64,000 nucleotides of DNA. Source: Dehalococcoidia bacterium. Its GTDB lineage: Bacteria > Chloroflexota > Dehalococcoidia > UBA6926. Numbering within the stretch: position 1 is the stretch's first letter; each line of letters begins with the position of its first letter. Where the stretch lies: contig CBDBLR010000003.1 in assembly GCA_965207115.1 (NCBI GenBank), positions 1,033,379 to 1,097,378 on the forward strand, in the 5' to 3' direction. Of this stretch, positions 27,976 to 38,127 are shown piece after piece. Below the pieces are notes generated by a model. It searched no databases. It was given only the letters and a program-made list of their open reading frames with translations, and was not told where the DNA came from. Both the position numbers and the translations under genes were made by a program.

Positions 27976-29287
27976 CCGCCTCCGCCATCATGGAGCGGGC
28001 AATATCCTGCCCCTGACGGATGCTGTAGTTGGTTCCGCGGTCCTCAGGGTAGATTTGGCTCATGGCCGCGAGCCAGAGTCCGTCGACGGGCGTCTTGTTG
28101 GGCGGAATCTTGGCGCTGAAATGCGTGGTCATGATGGGCTGGGCAGCGCCCTCACGGTGGACGTACGTGTTCTCCACCCATGACAGGTCGAATTCGGGGT
28201 TGATCTTACGCAGGTGGTCGACGTAGCCCTGAATGAGTTCATCATCGGACAGTCCCCAGCGGGGGTCTTCCGGCGTCACGTAGTCTGCCGTGTAAAGGAT
28301 GTGCTTGCCGCCGTAGACGGACGGATGGACGAGGTTGGTCTGTTCCAACGCGAGCAGGAACGGGATATCCCCATCCGCTATGTTGAGCCAATAGATCGGC
28401 GAGAGGCTGCGATTCATCACCCAGATCACGGCTATCGCACCTTCGTACTCTATGTCGCTAACCTTATTCAGATAGTCCTCCGGCAATTCCACAAGGCGCG
28501 GCAGCAGGAAGCTGGGGACTGTTGCCAGGACGGCATCGTACTCGCGTTTTTCTTCGGCGCCATCTGAGTCGGTAATTGTCAGCCCTGTCACACGGTTGTC
28601 CGTAGTCTCGATGCGGGACACGCCGACTCCCGTTCGTACCTCGCCACCCATGTCGCTGATGCGCTGTTCGAGGGCATCAATTAGTACTTGCCAGCTGCCT
28701 TCAATGTAGCCGAGCTGCTCGCGGCCAAGCAGCCCCTTTCGGGAAGCGACGCGAGTGGCGAACTTGCTCCACATCCATGGCATGGCGATCTGTTCGGCAT
28801 AGCGACCGAACTTGCCTCGCAAAAGCGGCTCCCAGATCTCCTCGTAATTTCGACGTCCCGCCCACTTGCGCATGAACGCGGCGGCCGTTGTGTCTTCAAG
28901 ACGCTTCCAGTTCTTGATGCGCTGGATGTATAGGGTCACGAGTCCCATGCGGATGCGATCAAGAAAGCCAACGGGATTGAAGCGCAGGAGGTCCGTTGCA
29001 GTGGCGAACGGAAAAATCCGTCCGTGTGTGAAGTAGCCGACTTTCGAGTCTTCCCAAATGAGTCGTTCTTTCAGGCCAAGCTCGTCAAGCAGGCCAATGA
29101 TTGTGACGTCGGACAGGAAGAGGTGGTGATAGAAGCGTTCCAATTGCCCGCCGCCTACATCAAAGGTTGATGCCAGCCCACCCAAGAACGGTGCGCGCTC
29201 GAACAGTTCCACGCTGTGGCCAGCCTTGGCAAACTCATAGCCCGCCGCAAGGCCGCCAACGCCACCGCCAATGATTCCAACCTTCAT
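27962..29287 (-). CDS. FAD-dependent oxidoreductase (amine-oxidase/CrtI/PPO-like fold)
   Basis: MKVGIIGGGVGGLAAGYEFAKAGHSVELFERAPFLGGLAST dinucleotide-binding motif. 441 aa. Last gene of a co-directional membrane cluster. Confidence 0.7.
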   Translation of the reverse strand: MKVGIIGGGVGGLAAGYEFAKAGHSVELFERAPFLGGLASTFDVGGGQLERFYHHLFLSDVTIIGLLDELGLKERLIWEDSKVGYFTHGRIFPFATATDLLRFNPVGFLDRIRMGLVTLYIQRIKNWKRLEDTTAAAFMRKWAGRRNYEEIWEPLLRGKFGRYAEQIAMPWMWSKFATRVASRKGLLGREQLGYIEGSWQVLIDALEQRISDMGGEVRTGVGVSRIETTDNRVTGLTITDSDGAEEKREYDAVLATVPSFLLPRLVELPEDYLNKVSDIEYEGAIAVIWVMNRSLSPIYWLNIADGDIPFLLALEQTNLVHPSVYGGKHILYTADYVTPEDPRWGLSDDELIQGYVDHLRKINPEFDLSWVENTYVHREGAAQPIMTTHFSAKIPPNKTPVDGLWLAAMSQIYPEDRGTNYSIRQGQDIARSMMAEAATES

Positions 29288-30315
29288 TCAGTTACCTCTG
29301 GCTGACTCTTGTTCGGTACCGAGATTGCGGACGTGGGACGCAGTATCTCTCGCAACGGTACTCCCTCCAGGATGAGCAGGATTGCTCCCGCTATCGTAAC
29401 GGGAACCCACAGGGTGGCGTGAATGACGACTGCATAAGCAGTTGCCAGTCCTGCTCCAACACCGGCGCGGACGAGCGTCTCTTTCGCAAGGAGCTCAAAT
29501 GGGCCGATGCCGCCGGATGACGAGGGTACGGCGGTGGCGAGGTTTGACGCGGCGACGGCCACACACAGCACGACGATTGGCGTATCAACGTCCATCGCCA
29601 CGGCTACGAGGATGTAGACAAGCGCCTCGCCCGCCCACACCGCGTTGGAGATCACGAACCAGAACGGTATCTTGCGCGCATCCTTGATGGCCGCGAATCC
29701 ATGAAGCAGGGACTCCGCAATTCCCATCAACCGTACAGCGTAACGCTCTGGCATTGGCCGCGTGACAGTCTGGCTTGCCCGGAGCGCTACATCGGGGAAC
29801 AAGACGGCCAGGATCACAGCCACAGCTGCGCTGATGAACACCACAGCAGCAACTTGCGCCGCCAATGTCAGTAGCGGCGAAAGCGTCCACATGGAGGCGA
29901 AGAATAGGAGGCCGATACCGAGCCAGAGAAGGAGCGTCAGGCCGTCAAGGATACGCTCCACGGCGATTGTCGCCAAGCCGGCCGTCATATCCAGTCCGGG
30001 ATTGCGGCGTAGCAGATAGGCCCGGACAAACTCACCTAATCTGAGCGGTAGGACGTTGTTTGCTGCATAACCGATTGTCGCAACAAAATACGAGCGCCCC
30101 AGAGTCACGCCGCCCAAGTGTTTCAGGAGGCTTTGCCAGCGCCACGCACGCAGAGTGAAGGCCAGGAAATAGACAATCACCGCCGGAATCAGCCAGAGAT
30201 AATTCGCCTCCGCAAACGCTTCAAAGAACTCGTCAAAGTCGATGCTCCAGAAGACGAGCGAGAGGAAGGCCACGCTGATGGCGAGCGCAATGAGAGTACG
30301 TCTGTTGACAATCAT
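29284..30315 (-). CDS. MprF-like transmembrane (flippase-domain, UPF0104/TIGR00374-like) protein
   Basis: 343 aa, 8 predicted TM helices. LRAWRWQSLL...GYAANNVLPLRLGEFVRAYLL motif typical of the lysyl-PG synthase membrane domain family. Overlaps its neighbours by 4 nt on each side. Confidence 0.65.
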   Translation of the reverse strand: MIVNRRTLIALAISVAFLSLVFWSIDFDEFFEAFAEANYLWLIPAVIVYFLAFTLRAWRWQSLLKHLGGVTLGRSYFVATIGYAANNVLPLRLGEFVRAYLLRRNPGLDMTAGLATIAVERILDGLTLLLWLGIGLLFFASMWTLSPLLTLAAQVAAVVFISAAVAVILAVLFPDVALRASQTVTRPMPERYAVRLMGIAESLLHGFAAIKDARKIPFWFVISNAVWAGEALVYILVAVAMDVDTPIVVLCVAVAASNLATAVPSSSGGIGPFELLAKETLVRAGVGAGLATAYAVVIHATLWVPVTIAGAILLILEGVPLREILRPTSAISVPNKSQPEVTE

Positions 30316-30327
30316 CGGCCCGCCAAC

Positions 30328-32643
30328 CTAGGCAGGCCCGTAAACCGGGTCGGGCGGCGTGCTCAGCTCCGGCATATAGTCGGGCGGGAAATAGACGAAT
30401 ATGTCGGAACTGCCAAGGCGCCACGGCGGCTCCCTCAGCGTCCAATAGGTCCAGATAGTCGACCATGCAGAGGGATCGATCACGCCTCGCGCAATGTCGC
30501 CGATTCCCAGCCCCTCGTAGTACTGGTCGCCGCGGTAGACACCCTCCGGGAACCACCAACGGAGCGGTATTCGGACGCGATTCGATGTGTCCGATCCCCA
30601 CTCAGCCGTCTGAATGTTGGGCGCGCTCGCCGTATTGATCGCCATGATGTTGCCACGCGGCGGGTTCTCATCAGTCACGACAGACGATCCTTCCCCGCAC
30701 ACGCTCTCACCGCCCATGCAGCGGTACTCGACATTTGTATAGTCGCGCAGATACCAATGCCATGGCCATGAGTACCCGTGAGCCGTGTCGACTGTGACGG
30801 GCAGATGCTGCCCGTCGCCTGTGATTGCGGCGTAGCGGTCGATTTCGTCCACGGCCTGCTCGAGCGCGGGCGAGGTTTGCGTGTAGACAAGCATCTCAAC
30901 AGGAACATCGCCGTTCTCAAAGCTTGCGCGCACTGAGGAACGGGCCGTGAGGATCAGGAGCACGGCCAACCCGCCAACAGCCACTACATGACCCACACGC
31001 CGCGCATCGGCCTGTCCGGCCAATTCGCGGATGTGGATGACGGCTCGCGGCAGGTATTGGCCGAGGCCGCGCCCGGCAATCATGATGATTGGCAGCGTGA
31101 GATGAATGGACAGCCACGGCATCTTTTCACCGGCCATCAGCAGCAGCACCAGTGCAAGCACAAACCAGTAAATGAGAAAGACGTCAAACGTCAGGAATGC
31201 CGGCCGCCGCTTCAAGATGAAGAATCCCGTAATCAGTGCCACTGCAAGCGGCAGGAGTTCGTACACGGACAGAACCATGAAGTAGTAGTACCAGGGCTGG
31301 CTCCCCCGCCCGACGTCCTGCTGTGCAACCCAGTAGCCCAACGATTGCCACACGCCACTGCCGAAGCCAATGCCATTTGTGAACAACGTGGTGAAGAGTA
31401 CGGCGATAAGTATCCAGAACACGCCGGCGATGATTAGCCAGTGTCGTTTATGCCAGATAATGCCCAGCGCCGCGCCAACACCAAACAGCGCCAGCAGCGT
31501 AAAGACGGCGATGTCCAGTGCCTGAATGCCGAACAAGGTGCCGGCCGCGGGGTTTCGGATTTCATCCAGGTTAGCCAGGTCGAACCCGATACCCGGCAAG
31601 CCGGAGAGCCTTTCAATTATCCACGTCGTCACTCCAGGTTCCTGTGAAATCGGAGCCCCCACCGGGCCCGGAAGGTTCGCGACGGCACCCTGCTCGACTG
31701 TTACTCCGGAGTCGGGATTCGCCAAGTGGAGTCCGAGAATGTTCTGAAAGAGGGCAATACCTGCCGCGCCCATCGGCAGCACGAGCGTTGTCAGAATCAG
31801 GCCAAACACGGCGGCGGGAGGCCAGTCACGCAACGGTGTGCGAATGAGCCGCTTGGCATCACCAATATGGGCAATGAAGAGAAACGTCAGCGGCACCAAC
31901 ACGAGAAGATACATGATCTCCTTGGTGGCAAAGCCGATCGCCAACGTGGCCGATGCAATGACGAGGTACCGTAGTCGCCGCGAGTCCATATATGCCCACA
32001 TCGTCCAAAAGAGGATGAGCGTGATGAGAACCATGTAGATGTCATTGCGAGCGAATCGACTGAAGTACAGGATGCCCGGCGAAATTGCCAGCAAGACCGA
32101 CGCTAAGAGAGCGCCGAGCGTGCCCATCCGGTGGCGGTACAGGAGATACGGCAGCGCAACGACGATAGTGCCCAAGAGCGCAGGCAACAGCCGAAGGGTC
32201 GCATCAGAGGCGCCAAACAGCCGAAAGACAAAGCTCGTTGCAATGAATTGGACGGTGCCATGCAGGAGGGGGTTGTGGGTAAAGCCCCCGCCCTCCGCCA
32301 TGAACCAGGAGTAGTAGCCGTGGAGGCTCTCGTCGTGGTGAACGGCCCGTGTGCCCAGGTCCCAGAAGCGGAGGATGGCAGCCAGCAATACGATTGCCAG
32401 GAATGCAATTGCCTCCGGTCTTCGCACCCACGCCACTGCTTCATCAAGTGTCTGTTGCGGCGCTATGCGGGACAGCCACGGTCGATGCTCTTCCGTAACC
32501 ACGGGAGTATCGGTGGAGACGGATGCGGCATCGCCTGTCCCTTCCGTTGATTGGATACCCTGTCCGGCATCAATCGACGTGCCGCCGGCGGTTGCCGAAC
32601 GGCGGCGACGTTTCTGTCTGCGTTGAGATTGGCTCATGGTCAA
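30328..32643 (-). CDS. GT-C fold glycosyltransferase-like membrane protein (PMT/ArnT-like; TIGR03663-like partner of YYY proteins)
   Basis: 771 aa. Ser/Thr/Arg-rich cytoplasmic N-terminus, first TM followed by RFWDLGTRAVHHDESLHGYYSW (DE-type GT-C motif), more than 12 TM helices, and a large C-terminal extracytoplasmic domain. Confidence 0.65.
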   Translation of the reverse strand: MTMSQSQRRQKRRRRSATAGGTSIDAGQGIQSTEGTGDAASVSTDTPVVTEEHRPWLSRIAPQQTLDEAVAWVRRPEAIAFLAIVLLAAILRFWDLGTRAVHHDESLHGYYSWFMAEGGGFTHNPLLHGTVQFIATSFVFRLFGASDATLRLLPALLGTIVVALPYLLYRHRMGTLGALLASVLLAISPGILYFSRFARNDIYMVLITLILFWTMWAYMDSRRLRYLVIASATLAIGFATKEIMYLLVLVPLTFLFIAHIGDAKRLIRTPLRDWPPAAVFGLILTTLVLPMGAAGIALFQNILGLHLANPDSGVTVEQGAVANLPGPVGAPISQEPGVTTWIIERLSGLPGIGFDLANLDEIRNPAAGTLFGIQALDIAVFTLLALFGVGAALGIIWHKRHWLIIAGVFWILIAVLFTTLFTNGIGFGSGVWQSLGYWVAQQDVGRGSQPWYYYFMVLSVYELLPLAVALITGFFILKRRPAFLTFDVFLIYWFVLALVLLLMAGEKMPWLSIHLTLPIIMIAGRGLGQYLPRAVIHIRELAGQADARRVGHVVAVGGLAVLLILTARSSVRASFENGDVPVEMLVYTQTSPALEQAVDEIDRYAAITGDGQHLPVTVDTAHGYSWPWHWYLRDYTNVEYRCMGGESVCGEGSSVVTDENPPRGNIMAINTASAPNIQTAEWGSDTSNRVRIPLRWWFPEGVYRGDQYYEGLGIGDIARGVIDPSAWSTIWTYWTLREPPWRLGSSDIFVYFPPDYMPELSTPPDPVYGPA

Positions 32644-32666
32644 ATCTAACTATACCGAGACTGGTA

Positions 32667-35057
32667 TCAGATGGTGGGCACGTATCGTAGGATCGTTGTG
32701 CTTCCCGACTCAAAGGCCACCTCAAGGCGGTTTGGCATGGAGGCCAATAATCTACCTGCCGTGTCCTCGCCAAAGTCACTTCGTTCCAACGAGCCGACGA
32801 AGATATAGTCGATGCCGTAGAACTCCAGCCGGAGCTTCAGTTCATCCTCAGTAAGATCTTCTCTCTCTGAGAGCGATTCTCCGCGATAGATCTCCACAGT
32901 GTCCTGAATGCGCTTCCCTACTAGCTCCGTTCCGCCGCGCCACTGCACTTCATGGCCTATCCAGCCGACAGTCGTCGGCAACCCCGTAATTGCGGAAACC
33001 CGGCCGTAGTCCGAATAATCGTCGCCGTGCGCTTCAAGAACATGGTCGCCACGGTCCGCATTGTTCAGCAGCCAGTCGATTGCAGCCACGTCATCGGGGA
33101 ATTTGTCTCGGTACGTCGCGAGTCCGTCAAGTGCAGCGCTAGCAGACGGTGATCCTTCAATGCGTTCAGCTGCGCCAAGTGGCCCATAGGCAGCGCCGAC
33201 GATCAGTAGTGCAATCCCGCCCGCGCCCGCCACAAGGATTCCACCCTGCGCAGGCGAGAAGCGTTTCGGGCGTTGGGCAATTATCCATGCAAGGCCAATA
33301 CCTGTCGCCACTGCCAGCAGCGTCCACACCTGGTAATGCACCTTGAAGACGGTGTTCATGCGAACGCCAAAGGAGTCCCAGACGTAGAATACCTCCGTGA
33401 TAACGATGCCCATGGCGGCTGCAGCCACCAGCAGGCCCGCAAACTGAACGCCCTGTGGCAGGGGGCCGTCCTCTCGTCCGGTCGGCAGCACCGCAAGAAA
33501 TCCAATTGCCGCCAACGCCATCGCGGGCGCAGCCACGAGCCAGCGAATACCGATATCGGCCACTGTCGGCGAATCAACCGGAATCGGGGCGTCATGCGGC
33601 AGGAGAGTCCACCCAATGACGATGAGTGTCCAGAGAATAAGCGGGAGGGCGGCCAGGAACGTGATACCACTGAGATACAGATTGGATATATCCCTGTGCC
33701 TAAGCCGAATCACGGCGAATACGGCGGGCGGGAGAATGGCCAGAGCCATCGGGCCCCAGATGCGCGCGTAGTGGCTTAACTCAGTGCCGGAAGCATGGAC
33801 GGGCAGCACACCCCGCACGCCGCTGCTCACGGTCAGATAGAACGGGGAGAATAATGCCAGAGATAAGAGAGCGGTCGCTGCGACCGGGATAACGATATCA
33901 AGCGTCGTCTGCTTGCTGAATAGGGCCCGGCTCAAACCTTCTTCGCGCAGCCGTCTTGCCTTGATGGCCAGCATGAGCAGCAGCATGTAAGCCAACCAGT
34001 CCCATGTGTTGATGAAGCCGAGCGACCCGATGATCAGCGCGGTGAGGAAGAGTTCGCCGGCGCGCTGTCGGGGCCATGACATGTCCGGGGCATCCGACTT
34101 GCACAACCACGCGAACGCCACGGTGAGGGCAAGCAGTACAAACGGCAGCGACATGACATGCGGGTGGAGGTCCCCGAGCAGGAAGCTAAACGCGGGGAAC
34201 TCATCGATGGGAGAAAGAACACCCGGGTCTTCGATGATGCGTGTGGAGTCCCACCACCAGAAGCTGAATCCCGTCGCCCCTTCCAACGACAGCGCTTCCG
34301 TGATGGCCCGAAACCCGCCGCTCAGGTTGCCCGCAATCAGTAGCGCAGTGACGGCCACGACGCCGCCGATGATTGCTACGGAGTCCAATTTTGGTGGTTG
34401 AACACGCGTGATTCCCGCTCGCAGGATCGAGTTCATCGTCAAGGAAAAGGCGGCGACGGCGGTCAGGGCGAAGAGCGTAACGAAGGCAAGATTGTATCCC
34501 ACAGTCGCCGCTGCGCCCGTGAGTTGTGCCGGGATGCTGAAAATCAGATAGCCAAAGTGGTAGTAGCTGATGGAATGACCCGCCAGCCATGGGTCGGCAG
34601 CGGGTAACGTCGGGCTGCGCAGGGAACTCGCGAGGAAAGCAAGATCCATCGGCTGTTCGGTCGTGAGGCCAGTAATGGACGTTGAAACGGTGATGTCGGG
34701 CGCAAGGACGCGGAAAACGGCGAACAACGCAAATGCAGACAGGAACACCACTTCGCTCGCAACGAGCAAACGCCAACGGCTGCGGACAAAGTCGACCATC
34801 TCCTCGCGGTTCTGCCGAGCCAGAACCACGCTCGCGCCGAGCAGCAGGGCAAGAATGGCGAGTAATGAGAGCAGCCCATTGTCCAGGACGCGAGCGGTGA
34901 CAAGCGCCCAGTACGCGTAGGCCAGCACAAGCAGACCCAACACCTTGGAGACGCCGTATCCACGGTCCGGTAAATCACGGAAGAACGGGAACGCCCATGC
35001 AAACCCTGCCGCCCCGATGATCTGGAGCAGTACAAGCCAGAGAACCAGGTGGAGCAT
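32667..35057 (-). CDS. Chlor_Arch_YYY-domain (DUF2298/TIGR03662-like) large polytopic membrane protein
   Basis: 796 aa with many TM helices. SISYYHFGYLIF tyrosine-triplet-type motif characteristic of the Chloroflexi/Archaea YYY family. Confidence 0.65.
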   Translation of the reverse strand: MLHLVLWLVLLQIIGAAGFAWAFPFFRDLPDRGYGVSKVLGLLVLAYAYWALVTARVLDNGLLSLLAILALLLGASVVLARQNREEMVDFVRSRWRLLVASEVVFLSAFALFAVFRVLAPDITVSTSITGLTTEQPMDLAFLASSLRSPTLPAADPWLAGHSISYYHFGYLIFSIPAQLTGAAATVGYNLAFVTLFALTAVAAFSLTMNSILRAGITRVQPPKLDSVAIIGGVVAVTALLIAGNLSGGFRAITEALSLEGATGFSFWWWDSTRIIEDPGVLSPIDEFPAFSFLLGDLHPHVMSLPFVLLALTVAFAWLCKSDAPDMSWPRQRAGELFLTALIIGSLGFINTWDWLAYMLLLMLAIKARRLREEGLSRALFSKQTTLDIVIPVAATALLSLALFSPFYLTVSSGVRGVLPVHASGTELSHYARIWGPMALAILPPAVFAVIRLRHRDISNLYLSGITFLAALPLILWTLIVIGWTLLPHDAPIPVDSPTVADIGIRWLVAAPAMALAAIGFLAVLPTGREDGPLPQGVQFAGLLVAAAAMGIVITEVFYVWDSFGVRMNTVFKVHYQVWTLLAVATGIGLAWIIAQRPKRFSPAQGGILVAGAGGIALLIVGAAYGPLGAAERIEGSPSASAALDGLATYRDKFPDDVAAIDWLLNNADRGDHVLEAHGDDYSDYGRVSAITGLPTTVGWIGHEVQWRGGTELVGKRIQDTVEIYRGESLSEREDLTEDELKLRLEFYGIDYIFVGSLERSDFGEDTAGRLLASMPNRLEVAFESGSTTILRYVPTI

Positions 35058-35084
35058 GGGAGGAGGCTCGGGCTGCTCGCGTCT

Positions 35085-36011
35085 CTACGCGAGCAATGCT
35101 GTCACGAACGCGTTGGCGTCGAACGGCTCAAGGTCATTAATGCCCTCACCGGTGCCGATGTACGTCACGGGAACACCGAATTCGCGGCGTATTGCGATCG
35201 CAATACCGCCCTTAGACGTGCCGTCCACCTTGGTCAGGATCACTCCGTCTACGCCCACCGCCCCCATGAATTCTCGGGCCTGTGAGAGGCCGTTTTGTCC
35301 TGTCGTCGCGTCCAAGACAAGTAAGACGGTGATGTCCGACGGATCCACGGTTCGCTCAACCACGCGGCGCACTTTGCGCAGCTCATCCATCAGTGATGTC
35401 CGGGTCTGTAGGCGTCCGGCAGTGTCGATAATGACCGTGTCCACGCTGCGGGATTTGGCCGCGGCAATTCCATCAAAGGCAACTGCGCCCGGATCTGCGC
35501 CATGCTGCTGTGCAATGACGGGGGCGCCGAGTCGTTCACCCCATACCTGCAACTGCTCAATAGCCGCCGCGCGAAAAGTATCTCCGGCGACCAGCAGGAC
35601 GCGCCGATTCTCTGACATCTCCCGCCGCGCCAGCTTGGCGATACTCGTCGTCTTGCCACTGCCGTTCACGCCAACCACGAGGATGACACGGGGAGTGCTC
35701 GATGGAGTTTGCGGATCGGCGGGTGATGCGCCGTTGACCGCAACGTCAACCAGTTCGGCGGCGAGCGCATCACGAAGGTCGTTGGGCTTTGCGCCGCGAA
35801 TCTTCTCAACACGGTGACGCGTGCGTGAAATCAGCTCCTCGCTCAGGTCGAGACCGACATCCGCGCCAATCAGCGCTTCCTCAAGTTCATCCCATGTCTC
35901 CGGTGGGATCGAGTTCCTGCTGAAAATGTTTGTGACGCGGCCGAACCACGCCCGCTTGGTCCTGTCTACGCCTTTTTCGATGGATGAAGTCACTGCCAGT
36001 GCTGCTCTCAA
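35085..36011 (-). CDS. ftsY: signal recognition particle receptor FtsY
   Basis: VGVNGSGKTTSIAKLA, DTAGR, and TKVDGTSKGG SRP-GTPase motifs. Confidence 0.9.
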   Translation of the reverse strand: MRAALAVTSSIEKGVDRTKRAWFGRVTNIFSRNSIPPETWDELEEALIGADVGLDLSEELISRTRHRVEKIRGAKPNDLRDALAAELVDVAVNGASPADPQTPSSTPRVILVVGVNGSGKTTSIAKLARREMSENRRVLLVAGDTFRAAAIEQLQVWGERLGAPVIAQQHGADPGAVAFDGIAAAKSRSVDTVIIDTAGRLQTRTSLMDELRKVRRVVERTVDPSDITVLLVLDATTGQNGLSQAREFMGAVGVDGVILTKVDGTSKGGIAIAIRREFGVPVTYIGTGEGINDLEPFDANAFVTALLA

Positions 36012-37352
36012 CTAGTCCGCCGGATCGATGGCAGACTCTGCCTCCATACGAATCTCAAGCGCGTTGGCGTGTGCGACAAGGCCCTCCGCGTGTGCGATGG
36101 CGATGCCGCTCGGCCCCAGGGCCTGCAATCGTTCCTCCGGTACTGCGACGAGGCTGGTCACCTTAAGGAATTCAAAGACGTTGACCGGGGAGCTGTACCG
36201 CGCCGCGCCGCCGGTGGGCATGGAGTGGCTCGGTCCCGCGATGTAGTCCGCCAGCACCTCTGGCGAGTGCTCGCCCACAAAGATGCCGCCCGCGTTGCGC
36301 AGGCGAGGGATGAGCGAGTGCGGGTTCTGGGTCATGATGCACAAGTGCTCCGGAGCAAAGGCGTTGCAGAAATCAGCGATGTCATCATCGGTGTCGACTA
36401 TGACGAACCCGCCAGTCTGTGTTGAAAGGTGGGCGGGTGAATTCTCCGGCAAGTCTCGCAGTTGGCGCTCCAGTTCCCTGCCCGTCCGCGTTGCCATTCG
36501 CTCTGACGTCGTCACCATAACAACCCGCGCCTCGGGGTCGTGCTCAGCCTGTGCAAGCAAGTCTGCCGCGCACAGCGACGGGTCGGCACGGTCGTCTGCG
36601 ATAACCAGAGTTTCCGTCGCGCCCTGTAGAGAATCAACACCCACGACGCCATAAACTGCTTTCTTGGCCAACTGCACGAGGAGATTGCCGGGGCCGAAGA
36701 TCTTGTCCACCTGCGGGACGGACTCCGTGCCGAGCGCGAAGGCGGCGACGCCCTGTGGCCCTCCAACGCGAAACACGCGGTTGATGCGCGCTATGCTGCA
36801 CGCGACCAACGTTACGGGAGCAACAACACCGTTGGCCCGAGCGGGCGTCGTCACGAAAATCTCAGGCACATTGGCCACGCGAGCCGGAATGCCAATCATC
36901 AGGACGGTTGAGGGATATGCAGCCCGACCACCGGGCACGTAAATGCCGGCGCGCTGCACGGGCCGGATAAGTTGGCCGACGCCGCGCTCAAAGTCCATCC
37001 AGCCGGCACGTGACTGCTGGGCGTGAAACGCTTCAATCTCTTCCGCCGCCTTGTGCAAGGCGTCAATGACGTGGGTGTCCACGCTGTCGTAGGCTCGGGC
37101 GATTTCCTCCTGTGTGACCTCCAGGGCGGACAACTCTACGCCGTCAAATCTGCGAGCGAGTTCGCGGATGCCATCATCGCCATCCACGCGAACAGCCTCG
37201 ATAACACGTCGCACAGCCTCTTCGGGAGCCATTCGTTCACCGAACGCCTGCTCAAGAAATGAGAGTGTCGATTCGGACGCCTGCGGGTTGAGCCACGGGT
37301 TGGCTGAAATCAGCCCTGCCCGAGCCTCTTCAAGTCCGCGGAAGACCTTCAT
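36012..37352 (-). CDS. hisD: histidinol dehydrogenase
   Basis: 446 aa, HisD family (…QAEHDPEARVV…, …IAGPSHSMPTGGAARYSSP…). Confidence 0.9.
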   Translation of the reverse strand: MKVFRGLEEARAGLISANPWLNPQASESTLSFLEQAFGERMAPEEAVRRVIEAVRVDGDDGIRELARRFDGVELSALEVTQEEIARAYDSVDTHVIDALHKAAEEIEAFHAQQSRAGWMDFERGVGQLIRPVQRAGIYVPGGRAAYPSTVLMIGIPARVANVPEIFVTTPARANGVVAPVTLVACSIARINRVFRVGGPQGVAAFALGTESVPQVDKIFGPGNLLVQLAKKAVYGVVGVDSLQGATETLVIADDRADPSLCAADLLAQAEHDPEARVVMVTTSERMATRTGRELERQLRDLPENSPAHLSTQTGGFVIVDTDDDIADFCNAFAPEHLCIMTQNPHSLIPRLRNAGGIFVGEHSPEVLADYIAGPSHSMPTGGAARYSSPVNVFEFLKVTSLVAVPEERLQALGPSGIAIAHAEGLVAHANALEIRMEAESAIDPAD

Positions 37353-38113
37353 GCGAGGATTTCCTCCGCGTGTTTGAGCGACTGCTCCATGGCAATGGAA
37401 CGATGCTGCTGAATGATGTCACGGGGGACGCTTGCATAGACGCGCTCTAACATCTCTTGCGGATCGGCCATCAACTCCTTGACGTCAGTGCCGTCAAGGT
37501 CAGGATCATCCAGATAACGAGAGATGAAACGCGGAAATTCAGCCCACGTGCCGGGCAGTGTCAAGACACGGCCCGCCACAAAGGCGCTCCATTCCTGCAA
37601 AACGTTCTGTGAGATGAACGAATCAGGCACGCCGTCAATGATGCTGTTGGAGGCGATAATTTGTTTCTGCCAGTCCGTGAGTTGGTCTCGGTCCCCGCGA
37701 ATATCGACCTCCAGCTCATATTGCATGGCACGATCCAGGATATTCTTTGTCGGCTCAGAACCAAGATACTCAACATCCTCAAAATAGGGGCGGTAAACGT
37801 TGACGATCCACGCCTCGTCCGCAGCAAGGTGGCTCGCATAACCAATAAGGAATGCAGTCAATGCCCAGTCATCCTCCGGGGACCGGGAGACAAGGTCAGG
37901 CAGTGCATTCTTCATGCCGCGAAACCCATCTCCTGTTCCACTCTCGGTCAGATGGAAGTAGTGCGTGTCCTCGCGCGGCTCGCGGGTCAACACGCGCCGG
38001 TCGGGCGCGGTGGAACCCAGGAGGGCTGGGCCAATGTGGTGTTGAAGCTCGTCAATAGCCAGTTGATCCACTAGTTCCTGGATAATGTTCAGGTGTACCG
38101 CCAGCATCGGCAT
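37349..38113 (-). CDS. hypothetical His/Asp-rich protein embedded in the his operon (possible metal-dependent hydrolase)
   Basis: 254 aa. Stop overlaps the hisD start in an ATGA (37349-37352). Begins 14 nt after the hisG stop. Motifs LQHHIG, DTHYFHL, SHLAADEAW. No family recognised. Confidence 0.45.
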   Translation of the reverse strand: MPMLAVHLNIIQELVDQLAIDELQHHIGPALLGSTAPDRRVLTREPREDTHYFHLTESGTGDGFRGMKNALPDLVSRSPEDDWALTAFLIGYASHLAADEAWIVNVYRPYFEDVEYLGSEPTKNILDRAMQYELEVDIRGDRDQLTDWQKQIIASNSIIDGVPDSFISQNVLQEWSAFVAGRVLTLPGTWAEFPRFISRYLDDPDLDGTDVKELMADPQEMLERVYASVPRDIIQQHRSIAMEQSLKHAEEILA

Positions 38114-38127
38114 GGCATCGACACCCG

